DNA from: Candidatus Obscuribacterales bacterium
GTDB taxonomy: Bacteria; Cyanobacteriota; Vampirovibrionia; Obscuribacterales; Obscuribacteraceae
Direction: 5' to 3'
Assembly: GCA_965228855.1 (NCBI GenBank)
Contig: CBDDIJ010000003.1
Coordinates: 1,632,001 to 1,696,000, forward strand
Length of the DNA: 64,000 nucleotides
Shown here one piece after another: positions 10,222-19,760 of the stretch. The position numbers and the translations under genes are program-made. The number at the start of each line of letters is the position of its first letter. The stretch's first letter is position 1. A model generated the notes under the pieces. It ran no database searches and was not told where the DNA came from. It saw only the letters and a list, made by a program, of their open reading frames with translations.

Positions 10222-10799
10222 CACTCTTGATAAGAAAAACATCTTTGATTGTCTTGATTTTAGTCGCCAGCTGCGCGCCGAGTGTTTTGCCGATGTTCGC
10301 GCAAGACGGATTGACTCCTCCCCCGCCCCGCCCGCGACGGGCATATTCAACGATCGACAACTACAACTACTCTCACGGCGGAGAGGTTGCAGTAGAACAG
10401 ACTCGCAAGCCCAGGAAGAAGAAGCCGAAAAAAGCAGTGGTCAAACCTAGCGAACCTGTCGCTAAGACTGAAAAGGTAGAAAGAAACGATGATACGTTGA
10501 AGAAAGCAACGTCAGTCGGAAAGGATCAGAAAACGGACCAATCCGCTGCACAAGCAACAAAGCAAGTCATCGACCAACGCTCACCACAGCGAACGGAACA
10601 ACATGCGTCACAAAGTACGCAACAGACAACTCCGCCTGAATCACAGACAACATCAAAGACGACGACAACAGTCGAGCAAACGACATCCGATTCCGTTGAC
10701 CTGTCAGCCGCGAAACTGAGCGAAATCCCAGGTCCTCAAATGCCACCACCGCCGACCAGTGTTGGCGGTTTCACAATGAAAACTTCGACAACCAGATAA
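10218..10799 (+). CDS. Exported low-complexity hypothetical protein
   Basis: ATG overlaps the TPR gene stop (ATGA); signal-peptide-like MTLLIRKTSLIVLILVASC. Confidence 0.65.
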   Translation: MTLLIRKTSLIVLILVASCAPSVLPMFAQDGLTPPPPRPRRAYSTIDNYNYSHGGEVAVEQTRKPRKKKPKKAVVKPSEPVAKTEKVERNDDTLKKATSVGKDQKTDQSAAQATKQVIDQRSPQRTEQHASQSTQQTTPPESQTTSKTTTTVEQTTSDSVDLSAAKLSEIPGPQMPPPPTSVGGFTMKTSTTR

Positions 10800-10807
10800 C
10801 TAGCAGG

Positions 10808-11920
10808 TCACTGACCGAGGTACGTCATCCAAGTTTTCCATTTGTCCTCGAGCAGCGGTGCCTTGTTATCGCGAAGCCGTTCTAAATCGCGCCGCACGCC
10901 GATCACGCTCTTATATCGGAGAGCCGGATCGTTTTCCAACATCTTCAGCACCACTTGCTCCACATGAGCAGGTATCTCGTATCTGCGTCGAAATTCCGCA
11001 GGTTTCGGCTCCAGATGCAGGTTGCGAACTTCGTCAACCGTTCGTCCACGATACACCGGTTTACCTGTGATCGAGTGGAATATCACGCAACCAAGCGAAT
11101 AAATATCAGAACTGATGGACGGAACATCGCCTCTAATTTCCTCCGGGCTCATGTAGAAAATGTCGTTACAAGTATAGTTGCGAGAGACCTTGACCGGCTG
11201 TTCGATGTTGTTTGATGAAATGCTAGTGATACTAAAATTGGTGACTTTAACAGTATCGACGGTTTGCGACTTTTCCACTATCCCAATCGAACGCGGTCGA
11301 ATGTGTCCGTGCACCACACTGATTTTATGCAGAACTTCGAGCGCTTCACAGACCTGTATAAAAACATCTATTGCCCGCGGCAAATCAAGGAATCCTTCAT
11401 TCTGAATAACCGTTTCCAAATTTTTCTGAGGAGGCGGATCGAGAATCAGATAATTCTTGGATTTATGATTTTTCCAATCGTATACGGTGGTCAGATGTGG
11501 ATGATCCTGCTGCACCAACAGATTTGCAACCGTTTCAATCGGCAGCCCACCAGTTAAGCGCGCCACCCCAATGGTCACAAAACGAAGAAGCAACGGCGCG
11601 TTCATATTGTTGTCGTGCACGATAAACGCTTTTCCATGAGCACAAGTCGGAATCAATTCCAAGATTTCATAGAAGTCAGGAACCTCCTCATCGAATAACT
11701 TCTGGTCCGGAGGCTGTTCATCGGCTTGTGACTGCGACTGCGCATTCGCCTGCGCTTGCTCGTTGCCTTGCGTTTCATCTGACCTAAAACATTTCGCGCA
11801 CAAATTCTGATCGCGTCCTTCAGACGCGCCAACCGGCTCACCACACTCTTCGCATGCGGCAACAAGTTTTATTTTCGGAGAATCGTTCGAATCAACCATA
11901 ATCTGAAAGAGACCATACAT
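10808..11920 (-). CDS. Ser/Thr kinase-fold protein with degenerate catalytic motifs (pseudokinase) and an N-terminal CxxC...CxxC
   Basis: Kinase C-lobe motifs intact (YMSPEE, SDIYSLG), but HRDxKxxN reads HGHIRPRS and DFG reads NFS. Confidence 0.8.
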   Translation of the reverse strand: MYGLFQIMVDSNDSPKIKLVAACEECGEPVGASEGRDQNLCAKCFRSDETQGNEQAQANAQSQSQADEQPPDQKLFDEEVPDFYEILELIPTCAHGKAFIVHDNNMNAPLLLRFVTIGVARLTGGLPIETVANLLVQQDHPHLTTVYDWKNHKSKNYLILDPPPQKNLETVIQNEGFLDLPRAIDVFIQVCEALEVLHKISVVHGHIRPRSIGIVEKSQTVDTVKVTNFSITSISSNNIEQPVKVSRNYTCNDIFYMSPEEIRGDVPSISSDIYSLGCVIFHSITGKPVYRGRTVDEVRNLHLEPKPAEFRRRYEIPAHVEQVVLKMLENDPALRYKSVIGVRRDLERLRDNKAPLLEDKWKTWMTYLGQ

Positions 11921-11964
11921 TCCTATTATAGTTAGATCGTTGCCTATAGTCAGTCTCTTGCGAA

Positions 11965-13776
11965 CTACGGTACAGATTTGTCACTGTTTGGCGGCCATCT
12001 GTCGGGCTTCCAATAAATTTCAAATTGATGAGGGCGAGTTTGGTGAAATTTCTCGACCTGCTCCTTCTTAAGATGGGCACAGTTTGCAACAGCCATCAAT
12101 TTGAGATACGGCATTTTAAGCGCTAATTCAAGCGACTCAGGACCAATTTCTGTCAAATCGCAAACCAACTTTCGCAATGGCACTCCTGATTCGGCAAGAG
12201 ACTTAATGGTTTCATCATCAACGTCCGTTGTCGACATAAGCAATTCCTTCAATGCTTTCATGGGATAAAGTGCTTTCATCTTTCGCCCTTTCAAACCGAT
12301 CAGCCTTTCCAATTCCATCCTCTGAATGTTTTTAACCCTGGCGATCTCAGAAAGCGCATCGGGTGCCAATTCCTGGTCGTCAAACTCGAACTCGACAATC
12401 CCCCCGCTGTTTAGAAGATACAGCGAATCGAACGATAGAGAGTCGTTAGCCGAGAAACGCAAAATTCTCAGCGACTTAATTTTGCTAAGTGCTCTAAGGA
12501 TCTCAGCGTCGATAGGCTGCCGCGACTCGCGAAAACTCAAATCTCGCAACTTCTCTTTTTCGAAGAATGCCAAACTTCGGGAAGTGATTTTAGGCTGCCG
12601 GAGCCTGAGTTCGTCGATTGCTCCTGGATGTGCACGTATCAGAGCGATGAGATCATCGTCATCAACTTTCGCGCCAACAAAAGAGTTTATAGTCTTACCC
12701 TTCGTAAATTTATCTAGCCGATTGACCTGAGGTGCCGACTTGGCATCTTCGGTTCCAGGCGCAAGAAGCAGTATCATCAAGAGAGGCAACGACAACGAGA
12801 GTACGCCTACTACAGCAATTAAGCCAATTCGCCAGTTGAGATGTTTTAGAAATGACAGAATGCGCTTAGCATCATCTCCGTGTGAGGTCTCCGGCAACGA
12901 GTTCGGTGAGTTAGCTCCATCCGGCAGCTGGACAGACTCTAGCGCACGGAGCATCTCAGAAGCCGATAAAAAACGGTTTTCTCGATCGATCTCCATGCAC
13001 TTGTCCACAATGTCGCTCAATTTTGCCGGCACCTCATACGGTGCCAGTTCAGTTACCGCTTCAGGCAATTGATGCAACTTCATTTCAATCAATTCGAGCA
13101 AATTATCTGTTTGAAACGGTTTTACTCCAGTCAGGACCTCATACATCAAGCAGCCCAGGGAGTATATGTCAGTGCGCTCATCGACTTGCTGCCCACGAAT
13201 CTGCTCCGGCGACATATACATCGGAGTCCCCACACCGACACCAGACTTGGTTAGTTCTTGATGTTCACAGATGGATTTCGCCAACCCAAAATCTACTAGA
13301 GTAGCGGTCTCAACTCCATCATCAGACCTCAGCAACATAACGTTGTCGGGTTTGATATCACGATGTATTACGCTCTTGCTGTGGGCATGAATCAAGCCTT
13401 TGGCAAGTTCAATGAATAACCGCAGAGATTGGTTTGCCGGAATAGCACCAAGCTCACTTATTCTCTCGGCAAGGTTAACGCCCTGAACGTAATTAAGCAC
13501 CAGATACGGTTCATCATCTTCTGTTAATCCGAAATCTAAAACCGACAAAACATTTGGATGTTTCAAAGTACCGGCAAGCTTCGCTTCACGATGAAATCGA
13601 ATAGCCTCCTCATCCGATGCCGCACGATTTAGCTTCTTAATGGCGACTGTCTTATCAAGCGTGGAATCGTGTGCCTTATAAACAGTTCCAACGGCGCCCG
13701 CACCCAGAACGGAAAGAATTCGATAGCGCTCAGATCGAATCTTTGGGAATGCATTGTCGGACTGGGTTTCTTGCAC
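11965..13776 (-). CDS. Transmembrane Ser/Thr protein kinase with a C-terminal leucine-rich-repeat domain
   Basis: GAGAVG, VAIK, HRDIKPDN, DFG, YMSPE; TM helix; LRR-like C-terminus. Confidence 0.93.
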   Translation of the reverse strand: MQETQSDNAFPKIRSERYRILSVLGAGAVGTVYKAHDSTLDKTVAIKKLNRAASDEEAIRFHREAKLAGTLKHPNVLSVLDFGLTEDDEPYLVLNYVQGVNLAERISELGAIPANQSLRLFIELAKGLIHAHSKSVIHRDIKPDNVMLLRSDDGVETATLVDFGLAKSICEHQELTKSGVGVGTPMYMSPEQIRGQQVDERTDIYSLGCLMYEVLTGVKPFQTDNLLELIEMKLHQLPEAVTELAPYEVPAKLSDIVDKCMEIDRENRFLSASEMLRALESVQLPDGANSPNSLPETSHGDDAKRILSFLKHLNWRIGLIAVVGVLSLSLPLLMILLLAPGTEDAKSAPQVNRLDKFTKGKTINSFVGAKVDDDDLIALIRAHPGAIDELRLRQPKITSRSLAFFEKEKLRDLSFRESRQPIDAEILRALSKIKSLRILRFSANDSLSFDSLYLLNSGGIVEFEFDDQELAPDALSEIARVKNIQRMELERLIGLKGRKMKALYPMKALKELLMSTTDVDDETIKSLAESGVPLRKLVCDLTEIGPESLELALKMPYLKLMAVANCAHLKKEQVEKFHQTRPHQFEIYWKPDRWPPNSDKSVP

Positions 13777-13858
13777 GATTACGTGGTTTCCGTGGCGGTT
13801 TCCGCCTGAACTTGAGGGGCGATTTGCGTCTCACCATCCTTATTCCCCGATTAGCAGA

Positions 13859-14542
13859 TTATGCGACGGATTGGGGTTCTAATTTGTAACCGACGCCGTG
13901 GACGGTTTTTATTAAAACTGGAAGGCCTTCGATCTCGATTTTCCCTCGAAGACGCGTCATGTGTACACGCACCGTATCTGGTGTCGCTTCCTTTTCGCTT
14001 GCCCAGATTTTATCAATCAGTGCATCGATGCTAAAAACGTGTCCAGGATGCCGCATGAATTGCTCGAGAAGCGCAAACTCTTTTTTTGACAATTTCACTT
14101 CGTGACCGGCTCGCACTACCTTGAAACCATTCATATCCATCGACAGGTTGCCAATCTGAATCACGTGGGACTGCACCGATCGCGGACGGCGAAGAAGCGC
14201 ACGGATGCGGGCGCTCAGCTCGCGGGGCTGAAATGGTTTAACAAGGTAATCATCGGCGCCGGAATCGAGCGCTGATTCCTTGTCTTTTATCTCGCCGCGC
14301 GCTGTGAGCATTATAATAGGAGCGATACCGCCCATGTTTCGGTAACGTTGACACACTTCCAGTCCCGCCATCCCGGGCATTGTCCAGTCCAGAACAATAA
14401 TGTCGTATGGAAACCGGTCCATCAAAGCCAGACCATCCTCGCCGTTTGAAGCCGTATCAACCACATGCTCATCGTCGGAGAGCCACTCTACAAGACCCTC
14501 GGCGAGCTCGACATCATCATCAACTACAAGTATTTTCGCCAT
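13859..14542 (-). CDS. OmpR/PhoB-family response regulator
   Basis: KILVVDDD, LDWTMPG, GADDYLVKPF, winged-helix C-terminus TVHGVGY; ATG at 14542 is the likely start. Confidence 0.95.
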   Translation of the reverse strand: MAKILVVDDDVELAEGLVEWLSDDEHVVDTASNGEDGLALMDRFPYDIIVLDWTMPGMAGLEVCQRYRNMGGIAPIIMLTARGEIKDKESALDSGADDYLVKPFQPRELSARIRALLRRPRSVQSHVIQIGNLSMDMNGFKVVRAGHEVKLSKKEFALLEQFMRHPGHVFSIDALIDKIWASEKEATPDTVRVHMTRLRGKIEIEGLPVLIKTVHGVGYKLEPQSVA

Positions 14543-14667
14543 GTGCCTCGACCTACTAACAACGGAACAATCGCGCATCCTGGACAGTGAATTTAGAAAC
14601 CCAATGCACTATCAAAACGAAATTTTAAACCAAATGGACTATCGAAACGAACACTTTCAATTGCTGC

Positions 14668-16107
14668 ATGCGTTTTAACCTTAAACTATCACATATACAG
14701 TTTTTACTAGCGATCCCAATGGTCTGCTTGATCGTCTTCGTAGTCGCCCTGGGTGCGTTGCTTGAACAAGCGAATTCAGAACGACGCGCCGAAACTCACT
14801 CTAAGGAAATCGTTCTCGTCTCGAATGATGTCTCCAAACACCTGCTCGACGTCGCGCAAAGCGTGATCGCACTCAATACGTTTCAAAACCCAATTGTCTA
14901 CAACAAATTTAGGGAGTCACTTTCAGTAACTAAGACAGGCATTGCGAATTTAAAAACGCTTACGGCCAACGATAAGGACAAACGCAAACGCATGAAGCGA
15001 ATCAGCGCGCTCGGCGACAAAGCGCTTTCCTTCATAGAGACTTACGGCGAAAACGCTTATACCGGAAACACTGGCGCGAATTTCACCGTGTTCAAAACAG
15101 AATTGAAAGCCGCATATAACCCATTCATCTCTGAGTTGCACGACCTGGCGGAACAGGAGAAGAAATTGACGGCGAACGCGGAGATTAACGAACGCCATCG
15201 CACAAAGAAACTGACTACGTTTTTGACAATCGGCGTTTCAATCATTTTGCTGTGTATGTTCTGCACTTCAATGTACATCAAGTGGATTATCGGACGACTG
15301 CGCTTGATGATGTCGAACGCAAAACTGCTAGCGCGCAAAGAACCACTCCACTCGCCGGTCCGCGGCTCCGACGAGATAGCAGAGTTAGATGGAGTTTTTC
15401 ACGAAATGGCAGAGGCGCTACTTGCCGCGGAGCAGCGAAAACAGGAGTTCATATCAACGACTTGTCACGACTTGCGTTCTCCACTCGCGAACATTCAAGT
15501 GAGCCTGGCTCTTGCTGCAAAGGGGAAATACGGAGAGCTGAACGACAAGGGCGTCGAGCGATTCGCGAAAGCGGAACAGAGTATCGACCGTCTAATCCAG
15601 TTGCTTAACGACCTGCTTGACGCCGAAAAGATGGAAGCCGGAATTCTAGAATTGGAATTGGAAGAGCTTGACCTGTCTGAAGCGATCGAAACCTCGGTTG
15701 ATTCCGTTAAGACCCTTGCGGATAATAGTCGCGTAGCCCTGGTGGTAAAGGACGCGAGCGGCTGCAGGGTGAACGCAGACAAAGCTCGTTTGATAAGAGT
15801 AATCGTAAATCTTCTTTCAAATGCGATCAAATTTTCTCCGGCTGGATCAGCTGTAAATGTTTCAGTGCAAAAGGAAGGCACCGTATATGATGTGCGCATT
15901 ACCGACCAGGGGAGAGGAATCGCTCCTGAGGACAGGGAGAAGATATTCGACCGTTTCCATCGAGTAAGCGAAAACACCGGACCATCAGGAATTGGTCTGG
16001 GTCTGACGATCTGCAAAAAGATAATTGAAGCTCACGGAGGGAGCATCGGCGTAGATAGCACTATAGGTAGTGGCAGTACATTTTGGTTCAGACTAAACGC
16101 TTCCTAG
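14668..16107 (+). CDS. Membrane sensor histidine kinase (HAMP-HisKA-HATPase)
   Basis: Two TM segments, HDLRSPL H-box, NLLSNAIKFS, DQGRGI, GIGLGL. Confidence 0.95.
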   Translation: MRFNLKLSHIQFLLAIPMVCLIVFVVALGALLEQANSERRAETHSKEIVLVSNDVSKHLLDVAQSVIALNTFQNPIVYNKFRESLSVTKTGIANLKTLTANDKDKRKRMKRISALGDKALSFIETYGENAYTGNTGANFTVFKTELKAAYNPFISELHDLAEQEKKLTANAEINERHRTKKLTTFLTIGVSIILLCMFCTSMYIKWIIGRLRLMMSNAKLLARKEPLHSPVRGSDEIAELDGVFHEMAEALLAAEQRKQEFISTTCHDLRSPLANIQVSLALAAKGKYGELNDKGVERFAKAEQSIDRLIQLLNDLLDAEKMEAGILELELEELDLSEAIETSVDSVKTLADNSRVALVVKDASGCRVNADKARLIRVIVNLLSNAIKFSPAGSAVNVSVQKEGTVYDVRITDQGRGIAPEDREKIFDRFHRVSENTGPSGIGLGLTICKKIIEAHGGSIGVDSTIGSGSTFWFRLNAS

Positions 16108-16108
16108 T

Positions 16109-16794
16109 GGACTATCGGCAAAGGCGAGCTGCTCTCAACGCCATTGCCGAATCGTCCGCCTCTGCTGAGAAAAGCTGGTGAATTCGCTCTTGTTTTAGAT
16201 GCGGGCTGCATGCAAAGGCAGGAAGTCCTGCCGATGCGTGCAGAGAGTTGCGACGCTCAGGTCGCGGGAAGTGCAGTGCCAGGTTGTACTGTTATGATGA
16301 TGACTGGTTGCTAAAGCCAGCCGGTCCTTGGTTGTGTGCTTGATTCGGAACGCTTGTTGAGCACGATTAAAATATACAGCTGAAATATTACAAAGTTATT
16401 TAGTCAGCGAGAGCCTGAAAAATCAGGACAAGCTACCGAATTTGCAAATGTCACATAAAAAGCAATACCTAGGTTCGAAACGGAGAACACATTTGCGCAT
16501 CGAAATCGCACTCATTGCATAGCCATGTTCTTTTGCGTACCTGCTAATCACGTACCGCTGCATAGAGGTCGGGTCGTGCTAGCCTACAGCTTGCTAGGTT
16601 GTTGATAGCAACGCCACTCAAATTCAGTGCCAGCGTGCGCGACAGTCCCGGGCTAGAACTCCCACCCAGATGCCGACCTTGAAAGTCGAGTGGAGGAATA
16701 ACCGCCCGGCAGCGCACCTCCCGGGACCAAAACGCGGCACATTACGAAATCGTTAACTGTTACAGGTTCCAAAGCGGCAAGCTGCCGGGGCATC
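16109..16794 (+). ncRNA. Candidate structured non-coding RNA (unassigned)
   Basis: No ORF of 60 aa or more; about 10 stem-loops, several with G-U pairs on the + strand (see findings). Confidence 0.3.
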
Positions 16795-16795
16795 A

Positions 16796-16804
16796 TGCTA
16801 AACT
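16796..16804 (+). promoter_or_regulatory. Putative extended -10 promoter of tRNA-Val
   Basis: TGCTAAACT (TGn + TAAACT) ends 12 bp before the tRNA 5' end. Confidence 0.45.
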
Positions 16805-16816
16805 CTTAACTCGCAA

Positions 16817-16888
16817 GGGCGGTTAGCTCAATGGTGGAGCACTTCGTTTACACCGAAGGGGTTGGGAGTTCGAGTCTCTCACCGCCCA
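16817..16888 (+). tRNA. trnV: tRNA-Val(TAC)
   Basis: Acceptor GGGCGGT/ACCGCCC, D-arm GCTC/GAGC, anticodon arm CTTCG-TTTACAC-CGAAG, T-arm GGGAG-TTCGAGT-CTCTC; CCA not encoded. Confidence 0.97.
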
Positions 16889-17032
16889 TACGTTTCCGGG
16901 ATCGGGATTTTCTTCCCCTACACTCCCCCTACAAATTGCGACACAGCATTTCGGTTGTCTCCATCAAAGCCAAATTGGGTAGATTATGGAAGCACCATAT
17001 ATAGTGTCAAGAGATTTAAGTTGATTACTAGT

Positions 17033-17917
17033 ATGTCCAACGCCCGATACAAGTCTTGTTATGTCGCAGCTCCTGCCGGAATGCCACTACCCGGACTGTT
17101 CGGAATTCTTGACAAGCTTGCTGTAACGCATAATGAGTTCTCGCTAGCAGAAAGCAGTTCCGACGCACTAAATCAGGTATTCGCCGAATCAGATTTTGTA
17201 TTAGGTTATCTGCCTGCGGAAACAGAGTTAAGCAGCACATATTTCGAACTTGGCTACGCGGCCGCTCTTGGGAAACCTTTGTTTTTGATCGTTGAACACG
17301 GCGCTGATTTTCCTGTCTACTTGAGACAATTTCCATATGTTCTGGGGAAACAGGATGAGCCAAGCATTTTGTCCATGCACATGCAAGCATTTCTGAAACA
17401 CTTCCGCCCTCAACAAAAAGGGGTGGAGAAATCAGAGCAAAAGCGACCACCTAACTTGACTAAGGAAAGAGAGATATACGAATCGCTGTTAAAATCTGGC
17501 GGGATGGGAAGATCAGCGTATTTCGAACAACTGCTTTGGGATGTTCTAAACAAATCTGGATTCACTGCCGCATCTGTATCAGTTGATGAACAATTCGAAA
17601 TCGCTATGTGGATTGATGGTCTTGAACCAATTGTCTCAAACCCGATTCTAATCAAAGGTATCTGGAGTCTTCAAAATGTCCATGAGAACACAATTACCGG
17701 GTTCCAAGAACAAATCGAAAAATGTCGCGCACAATTTGGAATCATTGTTTATTTCGTCACAAACACTTTGAAGAAAACTGAATCGCATAGATCCTGGCCT
17801 CCTATTCTGGTCTTGTCTCTCGGCGAGTTGATAGATCTCGTAGCAAGTAGAAAGCTGGCTTCCGAGATAGTCTCATACCGCAATGATGTCGTTCACGGGA
17901 GGAGCCAAGATTTCTAG
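17033..17917 (+). CDS. Nucleoside 2-deoxyribosyltransferase-like (NDT) domain fused to a degenerate restriction-endonuclease-like domain
   Basis: SCYVAAP...SDFVLGYL...TYFELGYAAALGKPLFLI (NDT-like signature); C-terminal FEQLL...FEIAMW...NPILIK; ATG at 17033 preferred because the longer ORF overlaps the tRNA. Confidence 0.7.
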   Translation: MSNARYKSCYVAAPAGMPLPGLFGILDKLAVTHNEFSLAESSSDALNQVFAESDFVLGYLPAETELSSTYFELGYAAALGKPLFLIVEHGADFPVYLRQFPYVLGKQDEPSILSMHMQAFLKHFRPQQKGVEKSEQKRPPNLTKEREIYESLLKSGGMGRSAYFEQLLWDVLNKSGFTAASVSVDEQFEIAMWIDGLEPIVSNPILIKGIWSLQNVHENTITGFQEQIEKCRAQFGIIVYFVTNTLKKTESHRSWPPILVLSLGELIDLVASRKLASEIVSYRNDVVHGRSQDF

Positions 17918-18443
17918 CCACTTGTCGAGCCGAATTACTCAAATCTTTGAGCAGTCGGATGCAACCACTTCCAGACAAGAAAAAGGAGCTTTGTTGGAAG
18001 ATTTGCTAGAACTGCTACTTTTGCAGGTTCCAGGAGTAGAGATGGTGGAACGGAATACGCTAACTTCTTTCGAGAACGAGGAACTTGATGTTTGCGCTTA
18101 CAATAACAAACATGAGTTGGGCTTACCGTTCTTTCCTCACTTTGTTTTCGTAGAGTGCAAGAATTGGTCTTCTCCTGTAGGTAGTTCCGAGATTCGAGAT
18201 TTCACCAGACGATTGCAGCAACACGGATGCGACTATGGAATTTTTGTGGCGGCTCAAGGTGTTACCGGAGATCCAAAGGAGCGAAATGCTGCGCAACATG
18301 AGCTGGGAAGCTCTCTTCAAGACGGAGTTCGAATCGCGGTCATTACACGCGAAGACTTGCTATCTTTGAAGACGATTAATGATTTTGTCGTTTTGTTAAA
18401 ACGTCGTCTATGCAAGCTAACTGTTTCTCTTGCCTTTTGCTGA
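17883..18443 (+). CDS. Mrr-like PD-(D/E)xK restriction endonuclease
   Basis: KGALLEDL, EELDV, FVECKNWSSPVG, GIFVAAQGVTG. Confidence 0.85.
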   Translation: MMSFTGGAKISSHLSSRITQIFEQSDATTSRQEKGALLEDLLELLLLQVPGVEMVERNTLTSFENEELDVCAYNNKHELGLPFFPHFVFVECKNWSSPVGSSEIRDFTRRLQQHGCDYGIFVAAQGVTGDPKERNAAQHELGSSLQDGVRIAVITREDLLSLKTINDFVVLLKRRLCKLTVSLAFC

Positions 18444-18505
18444 CATAGCGAATAAGACTCTTCCTAGTAAAAAGTCTTTGGTATCATATTGCCACCACCA
18501 CGCTC

Positions 18506-19739
18506 TGGTCTTCTAGGATGCCTCCACATATGATTTCATCAGAAAGGGGGCTCCCATGGAGCAGAAGAAAAAGAAGAAACGTTTCAATCAAGAGTTCAAA
18601 GACAGTGCTGTACGCCTCATAGAGGGCGATAAGAGTGCATCTCAGGTCGCGAGGGAACTCGACCTTCCGGATTGGCAAGTGCAGACCTGGGTTCGTGAAG
18701 CTAAGAAGAGAAAGAGTGCCACCGTCGGCGATGTGAATTTGTTGGAAGATGTAAAGCGCCTTAAGAAAGAAAACGCTCGACTCCAGGAGGAAGCCGACAT
18801 CCTAAAAAAGGCGGCCAAATACTTCGCGCAAAACCAGCCGTGAAGTACGGATGGATTCATGAGCACCGAGGCATCTTCAAACCCGCGGCAATGTTTCGAG
18901 CACTGGGTGTGGTGCCACAGGGCTACTATCAATGGGCAAAACGAAACGACAATGATGATGAATCGGACCGCGTTCTTGTGGCTGAGATCCGCGATGTGAT
19001 GCAGGAATCGCGACAAACGTACGGCGTCCGCAGAGTCACTCAAGCACTGAAGGAACGCGGATTCCATGTGAATCACAAGCGCGTTGAACGCCTGATGCGA
19101 GAGCACGACATCCGGTGCAAGAAGGTCAAGCGCTTCAAGAAGACCACGAACAGCAATCATAAGTTTCCGGCTTCTGAAGACCGTCTTCAGCGACGATTTG
19201 ATGTCGCTGAACCGAATCGCGTGTGGGTTAGTGATATAACATATTTGAAAACTCGCGAGGGCTAGCTCTATCTGTGCGTTTGGATTGACCTGTATTCTCG
19301 AGCGATCGTCGGCTGGTCGATATCTACAAGCCTCGCTTCTAGCGTCGTCTGTGAAGCTCTGGACAGCGCACTAAAACGTCGTCCGGGAGTTCGTCCATTG
19401 GTTCATTCTGATCGCGGCATCCAGTATGCCAGTTCAGAATTCAGACGCATGCTCTGGAGAAACAAGCTCCGACAAAGCATGGGCAAAAAAGGTGACTGCT
19501 TCGATAACGCAGTTGCTGAATCGTTCTTCGGAACACTGAAAACCGAAATCGATCTCACTAAAAATTTGTCGGCCGCTCAAGTCCGGCAGACCATCTTCGA
19601 TTACATCGAGATCTTCTACAACAGAAAAAGACTTCATAGCAAATTAGGTTATAAAACACCTGAAGAGGTGGAAAATAAATACGGGTCGTTACTGACGCAT
19701 CGTAGAAAACTTTTTGTCTACGGTTTGGGGGACAGACCA
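18506..19739 (+). mobile_element. IS3-family insertion sequence, inactivated
   Basis: orfA/orfB pair; ends TGGTCT.../...AGACCA (only a short terminal match, so boundaries are approximate). Confidence 0.85.
18556..18843 (+). CDS. IS3-family transposase OrfA
   Basis: RFNQEFKDSAVRL HTH, LKKENARLQEEADILKKAAKYFA. Confidence 0.93.
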   Translation: MEQKKKKKRFNQEFKDSAVRLIEGDKSASQVARELDLPDWQVQTWVREAKKRKSATVGDVNLLEDVKRLKKENARLQEEADILKKAAKYFAQNQP

Positions 19740-19760
19740 GTCTCTTGCGAAACTGAATAA
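18840..19760 (+). pseudogene. IS3-family transposase OrfB with a nonsense mutation
   Basis: YGVRR, WVSDITY, then TAG at 19263-19265 in place of W of EGWLYL, continuing in frame to HSDRG and DNAVAESFF. Confidence 0.9.

Noticed and set aside
16645..16727. SRP RNA or SAM-I riboswitch
   Set aside because: Lacks the SRP CAGG-CCGGAAGG-AGCAG core and the SAM-I AUC...GAU P1/P3 elements
16862..17032. N-terminal extension of the 351-aa ORF in the track
   Set aside because: It overlaps the tRNA; the ATG at 17033 begins the recognisable domain
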